A stretch of DNA of 64,000 nucleotides from Planctomycetota bacterium (GTDB lineage Bacteria; Planctomycetota; DG-23; JAZDKG01). The notes beneath the pieces were generated by a model. That model had not been told where the DNA came from. It searched no databases and saw only the letters and a list, made by a program, of their open reading frames with translations. The stretch is taken from the NCBI GenBank assembly GCA_043803205.1, contig JAZDKG010000044.1:2503-66502 (forward strand). The letters run 5' to 3'. The position numbers and the translations under genes are program-made. Shown in pieces: positions 10,096-17,849 of this stretch (position 1 is the first letter of the stretch; each line of letters starts with the position of its first letter).

Positions 10096-10887
10096 TCACT
10101 TCCCCTTTGTCCAGATGTTGGGCGCGACGATTCTCTGAACGAACGACGGGCTTGTGGCCGTCACGTGCAGTCCGATGTGTCCCTCGCACCTGATGCCCGA
10201 CGAACAGTCGATCTGTTGGAGGCGGGTCTCGTAGAGCTGCCCCTCCTCGGAAGCCAGGTCGGTGGGGGGGGCGAAACCCGTCCTGCCCGCCGTGGGCTCG
10301 AAACCGCGGTCCACGTTCCCGACGAGCGACGTCCCGATCCCCAGGAAGACCACGTCCCGGCGGGAATAATAGTGGTAGATCCCTCGTCGCGCGTGCGATA
10401 GAGCCTTAGCGAGGTTGTAGTCTTGGCTGAGCGACGGCGCCAGCAACACCGCTCCCTCCACCTCGAAACCCTCTGGGAGGTCTTCGAGCGTCCAGACGGC
10501 CACCCCTCCTCCGGCCGAATGGCCCACAAGCCAGACAGGGCGATCCGGATACTCCTTGGCGTATCCCAGAATCCGCTGGGAGATGAGTTCCGCCTGCTTT
10601 CGATTGCGCGCAATGTCAATCTGATGTCCGATGAAGAGCGGAGCAACGCCTGTCGTCCAGTCGTAGCTTTCCAGTGCGTAGGGGACGCCGGCCTTCGCCA
10701 GGCCCCGGATGACCTGTCGGTTGAGCATGCCTTTGCCTTGGATACCGGGGAGCACCAGCACGAGGCCCTGCTGGTACCTCTGCGCCGAAGTGTAGTTCGC
10801 GCACCCGGTGGCGCAGGCTGCGAGCGCCGCCAGGGCCACCAGCGTTCTCACCGGAAGTGTGCTGAAACCGCGGGTCATGCCCGGCAT
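10096..10887 (-). CDS. Lipoprotein alpha/beta-fold hydrolase
   Basis: Lipobox LAACATGC after the start MPGMTRGF (GAGG RBS) and nucleophile elbow GHSAGG. The track start at 10965 is probably too long. Confidence 0.6.
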   Translation of the reverse strand: MPGMTRGFSTLPVRTLVALAALAACATGCANYTSAQRYQQGLVLVLPGIQGKGMLNRQVIRGLAKAGVPYALESYDWTTGVAPLFIGHQIDIARNRKQAELISQRILGYAKEYPDRPVWLVGHSAGGGVAVWTLEDLPEGFEVEGAVLLAPSLSQDYNLAKALSHARRGIYHYYSRRDVVFLGIGTSLVGNVDRGFEPTAGRTGFAPPTDLASEEGQLYETRLQQIDCSSGIRCEGHIGLHVTATSPSFVQRIVAPNIWTKGK

Positions 10888-10988
10888 CTTACGCCTCGAG
10901 CCTGCGCTCGCCAATCCTTTTCCTTTTGACAAACTCGCCCGGGCGGATACCCTTGCCCCTTCCATTCCGAATCTTCGAAAGCCCTCCC

Positions 10989-12176
10989 ATGAAACGCTCA
11001 GGCGCGCTCGTCGTCATCTTCCTCATCAACATCGTCATGGAGATCACTTTCGTCACCGGGTATGTCGCGGGAGAGACGCTGACTCGCCTTTTCGGCATCA
11101 GTGCCCGTGAGCTGGGCCTTTTCTGGGCGATCTCAAACGTCGGGTGGCTCGTCAGCAGTCCGCTTGCCGGATGGTTCTCCCACCGGTTCGGCCCGTTCGG
11201 TGTCCTCGTCGTGGGACTGCTGGCGGGTCTGCCGGCGGTGGGGGTGGTCGCCTGCGCCCACGGGTATGCGGCCCTTCTCGTCGGGTCCGTCGCGATGGGG
11301 GTAACGCTCGCGTTCGCGTCGAACGCGAACGCGACGCTCCTAGCGGCGTTCTACCCGGAGAAGCTTCGTCGCGTCACGTCGCTCGCCGCGGCGCTCTGGT
11401 TTACCGGGTCGGGGCTCGCGGCCGCCGCGATCGGCTCGTGGCTCGTCGTCGCGGAGAGGAGGGGCTGGACGGCGTGGGCGTGGCGCGCGCCCTACTTCAT
11501 CGACATCCTCCTCCTCGCCGCCTGCGCTTTCGCAGGCTGGATCATGATCGGCCCGGCCGCGCGAAAGTTCGCGCTCCCGGCGGTCGCTCCGACCGACAGC
11601 TCCCCATCCCGATCGCGGGAGTGGCTCTGGATCATCCCCCTCGCCGCACTGCACGGCATCATGGTCATCACCCTGTCCAATTGGACCACTAAGATGGCGC
11701 AGGAGAAGTTTCAGATCGATGAACGCTCGGCCGCGCTCGTGCTGAGCGCGCTCCTGATGGGGATGGCCGTGGGGCGTCTTCTCCTTGCGTCGGTACGACT
11801 GCCCGTGGATGAGCGCAGTCTGCTCGCCGTAAGTGCCTTCGCAGGAGCGGCATGCTTCTCCCTGGGACTGATCCTTCCGGACTACAAACTGACGCTTGTG
11901 GCGATGGGCGTCGGGGGGTTTTTCTCCTGCGCGACCTATCCCTGCATCATCGCCCTCATCGGGCACCGCTTTGCGCACGGCAAGGCTTGGGTCTTCGGGT
12001 TCATGGGCGCCTCAGTGTCTTTGGGAGGGATCATCGGACCGTCGTTGGCGGGCGTGCTCGCGGACCGCGGGCTCCCATTGCATCGTGCCCTGGTATTGAG
12101 CCCGCTTGCGGCGGCGGCATTGGGGGCGCTGGCGGCGTTCTGGAGGCTGCGCGATCCGCCTCCCCCACGGCCATGA
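10989..12176 (+). CDS. MFS transporter
   Basis: About 12 hydrophobic segments and an MFS-like loop (PLAGWFSHRFGPFGV). ATG at 10989; the track start at 10926 is a TTG. Confidence 0.7.
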   Translation: MKRSGALVVIFLINIVMEITFVTGYVAGETLTRLFGISARELGLFWAISNVGWLVSSPLAGWFSHRFGPFGVLVVGLLAGLPAVGVVACAHGYAALLVGSVAMGVTLAFASNANATLLAAFYPEKLRRVTSLAAALWFTGSGLAAAAIGSWLVVAERRGWTAWAWRAPYFIDILLLAACAFAGWIMIGPAARKFALPAVAPTDSSPSRSREWLWIIPLAALHGIMVITLSNWTTKMAQEKFQIDERSAALVLSALLMGMAVGRLLLASVRLPVDERSLLAVSAFAGAACFSLGLILPDYKLTLVAMGVGGFFSCATYPCIIALIGHRFAHGKAWVFGFMGASVSLGGIIGPSLAGVLADRGLPLHRALVLSPLAAAALGALAAFWRLRDPPPPRP

Positions 12177-12254
12177 AGTCCGTTCTCCCCTTCCATTGGC
12201 CATGGAGCACCCCTATACTTCGGCCGACATCTTCCGGGAAACGGAAACGTATCG

Positions 12255-14093
12255 ATGGACGTCCCGACCGAACATGTCCCGCCCTCTCGACGATCCGTCG
12301 CGGTCGCCCTGGTCGTTCTCGCTTGCGCGTGCGTCGCCGCGTACTCGAATACCTTCCATGTCCCCTTCCAGTTCGACGACGTCTTCTGTCTCGTGCGCTC
12401 CAAGGCTCTTCACGACCCGGTGGACGTGCGGGCCGTGTTCGACTACTACCCCTCGCGTTTCCTCGCCATGTGGACCTTCGCTCTCAACTACTCGCTGGCG
12501 GGCGAGAACGTCGTCCCCTATCACGTCGTGAACCTCGGCCTCCACGTCGGCGCATCCTTCCTCGTCTTCTTCCTCGTCCTGGAAACCTTGCGCCGGACCC
12601 ATCCGCTTCCGGAGTTGACCAGCATTCTCGTCGCCGGGTCGACCGCCGGAGTCTTTGCGCTTCATCCTCTTACTACGGAAGCCGTCACGTACATCTGGCA
12701 GCGCATGGAGGTGGCATCGGCGCTTCTGGGCCTCGCGGCCTGCCTGCTTTACCTTCGCGCCGTCGCTCGGGACGGACCCGTCAGGCGCGTCCCCTACGGG
12801 CTGGCGCTTCTCTTCGCGCTCCTCGCCGCCGCCTTCAAGGAGACCGCCGCCGCGATTCCCCTGCTCATCTTCCTCCTGGATCTCTTCCTCGTTGAGCGCC
12901 CCGTGCATCCCCTTCGCGCGCGGATGCGCCTAGCGGCCCCGTTCCTCTGCGCGTTCGCTCTGCCGACTCTCCTCATTGCCCTTACCGGCAAGCTCTGGAA
13001 CGAGGCTCCCATCGAGCACATCGGCGCCGGCACCTTCCTCTCGCCCTGGCGGTATCTTCTCACGCAGCTCAAGGGGGCGATGCTCTACCTCAAGCTCGTG
13101 ATCGTCCCCGTCGGTCAGAATATCGAGCATGACATCGCGCCCGCTTCCACGCTGCTTGACGTGCGCGTTCTCCTTGCGGCGCTGACCCTGGCCGTCCTCG
13201 TGGCGCTTTCCCTGTTGGCCAGACGCCGGTCGGCACTGATCCCGCTCGGCGTCCTCTGGTGTTTCCTGGCGCTTGCGCCCTCGAGCTCGTTATTCCCGCT
13301 GGAGGACTTGGTGTTCGAGCACCGTATGTATCCGGCCCTCGCGGGGGTCGCGATTGCTGCGGCGGGAATCGCGGCGGCCTCACGCGCGCCCTTCGCATGC
13401 GCCGTTGTCTTCTCGGGCGTCGCCGTTTTTTTCGGATCCCTCACGCATGCCCGCAACGATGTGTGGCGCAGTCGCGCGTCCCTCTGGGCGGACTCGGTCG
13501 TCAAGAGCCCGGACCGCCTGCGGCCGCACCTCAACTACGGGGCGGCGCTTCTTGATCTCGCCGACCTCGACGCCGCCGAGAGAGAGTACCGGCGAGCGCT
13601 GGAATTGGGCGGCAATAACGTGGTGGCGCTCTACAACCTCTCCGAGATCGCGCTGGCGCGAGGGGATATCGACTCGGCGGAGCGCTTCGCCGCCGAGGCC
13701 GTGCGGACCGCGTCAGACCATGTGCCGGCGATCGTCCAAGCGGCGCAAGTGTGCATCGCGCGAGAGAAGTTCTCGGAAGCGCGGGGCCTCCTCGAGAGAG
13801 CGCTTGCTCTCCAGAGCGAGTACCCGACGGCCAACAATCTGCTCGCGGTTCTCCTCATGCGCTCGGGCGATCTTGACCGCGCGGAAGCGCTCCTCGACCG
13901 GGCCATCGCATCCGCCCCCGACTGGCCCAACCCGTACTACAACCGAATCATGATCGAGCAACTCCGCAACCGTCCAGACGCCGCGGTCCGACGGGCCCGC
14001 GAATTCGTCTCGCGGTTCCCGCAGCATCCGAAGGCGGTCCAGATCGTGCGTTCGCTCCAGTCGCTGGAATCGCCTCCGTCCGGATCACCGTGA
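12255..14093 (+). CDS. TMTC-like membrane protein: N-terminal GT-C-type (DUF1736-like) polytopic domain plus C-terminal TPR repeats
   Basis: N-terminal AYSNTFHVPFQFDDVF motif typical of bacterial TMTC/PMT-like proteins, about 9 TM segments, and C-terminal TPR units (AEREYRRALELGGNN..., ARGLLERALALQSEY..., AEALLDRAIASAPDW...). Confidence 0.7.
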   Translation: MDVPTEHVPPSRRSVAVALVVLACACVAAYSNTFHVPFQFDDVFCLVRSKALHDPVDVRAVFDYYPSRFLAMWTFALNYSLAGENVVPYHVVNLGLHVGASFLVFFLVLETLRRTHPLPELTSILVAGSTAGVFALHPLTTEAVTYIWQRMEVASALLGLAACLLYLRAVARDGPVRRVPYGLALLFALLAAAFKETAAAIPLLIFLLDLFLVERPVHPLRARMRLAAPFLCAFALPTLLIALTGKLWNEAPIEHIGAGTFLSPWRYLLTQLKGAMLYLKLVIVPVGQNIEHDIAPASTLLDVRVLLAALTLAVLVALSLLARRRSALIPLGVLWCFLALAPSSSLFPLEDLVFEHRMYPALAGVAIAAAGIAAASRAPFACAVVFSGVAVFFGSLTHARNDVWRSRASLWADSVVKSPDRLRPHLNYGAALLDLADLDAAEREYRRALELGGNNVVALYNLSEIALARGDIDSAERFAAEAVRTASDHVPAIVQAAQVCIAREKFSEARGLLERALALQSEYPTANNLLAVLLMRSGDLDRAEALLDRAIASAPDWPNPYYNRIMIEQLRNRPDAAVRRAREFVSRFPQHPKAVQIVRSLQSLESPPSGSP

Positions 14094-14106
14094 GGGGAGA
14101 CACGCG

Positions 14107-15207
14107 ATGTCGTCCGAACGTGTTGCGGAGGTGCGCGCGTTTCTAAAGGGGGGTCCGCAAGGCCGCGGCTTCGTCCGCTTGGACCCCAGCACTTACGCCG
14201 CTGTCTTCGCGGGAAGGCCGGGCGGGACACCCACCATCGAGGACGAGATTGCATTTCACAGGGCGTTCCCGAACGATGCGATGCCCGCTTTGCTTCTGGA
14301 TTTCGAAAAGCTCACGCCTGACCTATGCTGGAGGAGGCGCCTTGTCAGAAGGGATGACGATGGAAGGGCCACCTGGGAAGAGACGGTGACCATTCCCAGC
14401 GGCGAGAAGCGCCGGATCGTGGTTGATCAACCCGGCACCCAGCCCTGGCTCCTCGAGCCGGCGGTCAAGTCGGAGTCGGATTTCGACATAGTCGAGTTCT
14501 ACGCTGAAGCGATCCGCGAGCATGCTTCGTCGATCGCCGATGCTCTGAAGCAATATCCACCCCTTCTCGAATCCCTCGGCATGCTTCCAGCGGCGGCGAT
14601 CTTTAGCGCATTCGAGGCGTACTGGCTCATCAACTACCCGGACATGCCGCTCTTCTACATGGATTTTCCGCGGCGTTACCTCGCCTCCATCCGCAAGGTC
14701 CACGAGGCCAACCTCGTCCTCCTCGAAGCGCTCGCGGCCGTCGGCTTCGAACTCTTTTACGCGGGCTCCGCGGGTCTGGAGCTCCTTTCGCCGCGCATCT
14801 TCCGGGAGGCGATCGTCCCCTTCCAGCGGGAGTTCAACGACCGGGCCCGCGCTTTGGGCGTCCTCACCTCCTACCACGTGTGTGGTCACTCGGAGGGTTT
14901 GATCCGCCAGAAGATCATCGACGACATCCGACCGACCATCTTCGAGACGTGCTCCACACCGCCGTGCGGGGATAACCCGTCGCTGGGGGAGGCGGTTCGC
15001 GGGATCGCCGAGGATATCATCACGAAGGGCAACCTCCCGTTGGAGCTCCTGCGCAACGGCTCGCCGCGAGAGATCGCTGCCGCAGTGCGCGACATCGCTC
15101 GCGTAACAGGCGGCAGGAGGCACATCATCGGCCAGGCCGACGCCACCATTCTCACGGGGACGCCCTACGAGAACATCCGCGCCTTCTTGGACGCTGCAAG
15201 CCCGTGA
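14107..15207 (+). CDS. Uroporphyrinogen decarboxylase (URO-D)-like / MtaA-CmuA-type methyltransferase family protein
   Basis: 366 aa with overall URO-D-fold pattern (…FELFYAGSAGLELLSPRIFREAIVPFQREF…HVCGHSEGL…). AGGGGAG RBS 6 nt upstream. Confidence 0.6.
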   Translation: MSSERVAEVRAFLKGGPQGRGFVRLDPSTYAAVFAGRPGGTPTIEDEIAFHRAFPNDAMPALLLDFEKLTPDLCWRRRLVRRDDDGRATWEETVTIPSGEKRRIVVDQPGTQPWLLEPAVKSESDFDIVEFYAEAIREHASSIADALKQYPPLLESLGMLPAAAIFSAFEAYWLINYPDMPLFYMDFPRRYLASIRKVHEANLVLLEALAAVGFELFYAGSAGLELLSPRIFREAIVPFQREFNDRARALGVLTSYHVCGHSEGLIRQKIIDDIRPTIFETCSTPPCGDNPSLGEAVRGIAEDIITKGNLPLELLRNGSPREIAAAVRDIARVTGGRRHIIGQADATILTGTPYENIRAFLDAASP

Positions 15208-15581
15208 GGGAAGCACATGGTTTCCCCGCGCGGTCGGGCCTTTGGTGCGGCGAAATGCGGGTTCAGTTCCGAGTTTCTTTTCCACAGAGAGGACGTGAAG
15301 GTGGCCGGCAGGAAGGACGGCAAGGTCATTCGAGTCGGCGTTGTCGGGGTGGGGTGGGGAGCGTCGTTCGCGCGGAGCGACACGGCGGCTCTCGAGGTGC
15401 CAAACTTCCGCGGCGAAGCGGTTCGTGACAAGTGCCGCCATGATGATTGGAATCCCGATCCGGCCCGTCACAGGGCGGGACATCCGTGGTCCAGTGTTCT
15501 CGGCGACATACGTCCACCGCGGAAAGGTCTCGCTTTCGCACGCAAGGTGTGGAAGGATGCGGGACATAAGGGTTGGAGCAG

Positions 15582-17219
15582 ATGAGCGCGTTGAGCTACC
15601 CACAGCGCAAGGGCTCGATGGGACGCAGCGCCGCTGCCGCGTCGAGATGGGCGGTAGCGGCTATGATGCTCCTGGCGTCCATGGCCGCCGCTCAGGAACC
15701 GGTGGATCAATGGTCGGCTGATCTTGGAGGAGAGGCAATGATGAAGAAGCCGGGAGGCCCGCGAGGGCGGGTCATCTACAACCTCGATTGCAGCGAGTTC
15801 TTCGTCGGCACGTTCGGTCCGGTTGCGCCCGAGACGATCGACAAGTTCGTCGACAGGCACGCTGTTCTCGGCATCACGGATCTCTTCATCAACGTGAACG
15901 CGCAGCGCACGAATTATCGCAGCGACGCGTGGGAATCGAATTGGGACGGTTACGATCCGAAGGCGGGAGACGATCAGCCGTTTTTCGCGGGGATCGATCC
16001 GAAGCGGAAGTTCGAGGCACAGTTGTTCAAGAACGTGCTCGCGCTTCACGAACAGGGGTGCGACTACGCGAAGCGCATGATCGACCGTGCGCGTCAAGAC
16101 CGTCTGAGGGCATGGATCTCGCTGCGGATGAATGACTCACACTATCCGGATCAGCCGAACCACCCGTTCCACAGCACGTTCTGGCGGTCCCATCCGGAAT
16201 GGCACCTCTCAAACAAGGGCCTTGACTACGAACAGCCGGAAGTGCGCGAGCACTACATGAAACTGATCCGGGAAGTGTGTTCCCGCTACGACCTCGACGG
16301 TCTGGAGCTAGACTACCTGCGATTCTGGCTGTATTTCCGTTCCGGAAGGGAGCACAAGTGCGCGGAGCTGATGACGGAGTTCGTCGAGGAAGCGAGGGAG
16401 GCGACGCGCGGGGCGGCAAGGCGTCTGGGGCATCCCGTGGCGCTCGCGGTGCGCGTGCCGTCGACCCCCTGGATAGCGCGCCGACACGGATTGGACGCGG
16501 TCGCGTGGACGAAGGCGGGACTGGTGGATATGGTGATTGCTGCGCCGTGGTGGTCGTCCGTCGATAGCGACGTGCCTGTGGAGACTTGGAAGGGCCTGCT
16601 CGCAGGCACGGACGCATCGGTTGCCCTGAGTCTGGAAGATGGGATCGATTCGGGTGCGAGCGGACGCCGAACCATGATGCACGAGGAGATGCGCGGGATT
16701 CTGTTGAGCGCCTGGCACCGCGGGGCGGATGCGGTGTATTTCTTCAATCTGTTCACGGGCCCGTATCAGCGTTGGCCGCGCGAAGATCATGATCAGTTGC
16801 TGAACGACGCTGGCTCTTACGCCGCTCTCTGTGCGGGGCCTCGACGCCACGTGCTGACGATCAGGAGCCCCTGGGCAACGGGGGAGCCGGGTGACGGGCG
16901 GTCGCTGCCCTACACGGGCACGGGCGGCGCATTCCGCGTTCACATCGGTCCGAAACCGTTGTCGCAGCAGAACGCCCGGATCGAGCTCGTAGTTCCGGGC
17001 CATGATGAGCCGCTGAGCGTGCGCCTCAATGGCGTTCTATGCCCTTGGTCGGGTCTCGCAGAGCCTGGACACATCGGGGCGTCAGGATGGACGGGACCTC
17101 AGCCGAAACGGCACGTGTACGACGTACCGTTGGATGCCCTCGAAGACGGCTACAACCTCATCGAGGCGAGCGCCGAGCGAGAGGTCAAGATCACGTGGGT
17201 TGAGATCTCAGTGCGATAA
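15582..17219 (+). CDS. Secreted glycoside-hydrolase-like TIM-barrel protein (GHL10/DUF187-like)
   Basis: Signal-like N-terminus (…RWAVAAMMLLASMAAAQEP) and a GHL10-like core (LRMNDSHY…GLDYEQPEVREHYMKLIREVCSRYDLDGLELDYLRF). The start is uncertain: TTG 15573, ATG 15582 or ATG 15618. Confidence 0.6.
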   Translation: MSALSYPQRKGSMGRSAAAASRWAVAAMMLLASMAAAQEPVDQWSADLGGEAMMKKPGGPRGRVIYNLDCSEFFVGTFGPVAPETIDKFVDRHAVLGITDLFINVNAQRTNYRSDAWESNWDGYDPKAGDDQPFFAGIDPKRKFEAQLFKNVLALHEQGCDYAKRMIDRARQDRLRAWISLRMNDSHYPDQPNHPFHSTFWRSHPEWHLSNKGLDYEQPEVREHYMKLIREVCSRYDLDGLELDYLRFWLYFRSGREHKCAELMTEFVEEAREATRGAARRLGHPVALAVRVPSTPWIARRHGLDAVAWTKAGLVDMVIAAPWWSSVDSDVPVETWKGLLAGTDASVALSLEDGIDSGASGRRTMMHEEMRGILLSAWHRGADAVYFFNLFTGPYQRWPREDHDQLLNDAGSYAALCAGPRRHVLTIRSPWATGEPGDGRSLPYTGTGGAFRVHIGPKPLSQQNARIELVVPGHDEPLSVRLNGVLCPWSGLAEPGHIGASGWTGPQPKRHVYDVPLDALEDGYNLIEASAEREVKITWVEISVR

Positions 17220-17528
17220 ATCATAATCACCGGCGCTCGGGCGAATCGAAGGCGGCGGGAGAGTGTGGGCGAGACCGGGCACAAGTGGTTTTCTGTTGTA
17301 ATCACATTCGCCGGAGAACAACGAATCTGTGCCAATTGGCATGCGAACTAACCCAAGGTCCGTGCAGTCAGATCTCCGGGCCTCTGTGGCTGTCAAGGCA
17401 CCTGAATGAAAAACCTTGCGTGTCCCGGCAGGCCTGCATCAGATGCCGGAATGTAACACATTATCCGGTAAAGGGATATGTCGACAGCGCTGGCGCGGGA
17501 ATTCGCGAAAAGAATTTCATTTTTTCGC

Positions 17529-17556
17529 TGGACAGGCGCGCGTTATAGGATAGACT
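17529..17556 (+). promoter_or_regulatory. Sigma70-like promoter candidate (TGGACA-N16-TAGACT) for the orphan unit
   Basis: Hexamers at 17529-17534 and 17551-17556, lying in an AT-richer intergenic island. Confidence 0.3.
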
Positions 17557-17780
17557 ACATATGTCGGATGTGGGCTTTGTGGTGTTTGTGGGCTCTGCCG
17601 ACGACGGGTTCTTTGAAAAACTTGTGACGGACGGGCAGAGTTGCCGTATTGAGTATCAGGCAGGCATAAGTAGCCCCCTATACCCCTCTGCGCCGCCGGA
17701 GACTGGGCACACGTTCCTCCTCGTTCCTAGTCTCCGGCATGCAATAATAGGTCACGTTACGCTGAGGGGTTGAAAACACG

Positions 17781-17815
17781 AAGGACGCCTCGAAAGAGGC
17801 GTCCTTTTTGTTTGT
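17781..17815. terminator. Bidirectional rho-independent terminator
   Basis: Perfect 11-bp stem AAGGACGCCTC / GAGGCGTCCTT with a GAAA loop, followed by TTTGTTTGT on the + strand and by TTCGTGTTTTC on the - strand. It sits 35 nt past the stop of the minus-strand GH gene. Confidence 0.65.
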
Positions 17816-17849
17816 ACCTCCATGCACCCAACTGGGCTCTTGGCAACGG

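Noticed and set aside
14323-15603. 426-aa minus-strand ORF opposite the URO-D-like gene, with similar antisense ORFs at 20326..21549, 34745..35842, 41917..42735, 53390..54613 and 61846..62643
   Set aside because: No recognisable motifs and Arg/Pro/Gly/His-rich composition. Each is fully covered by a motif-supported gene on the opposite strand or in another frame.
17561-17773. 70-codon ORF (MSDVGFVVFVGSADDGFFEKL...) as a protein-coding gene
   Set aside because: It has no Shine-Dalgarno sequence, its third-position A/T usage is atypical for this genome, and no recognisable domain is present. I kept it only as an alternative reading of the orphan transcription unit finding.
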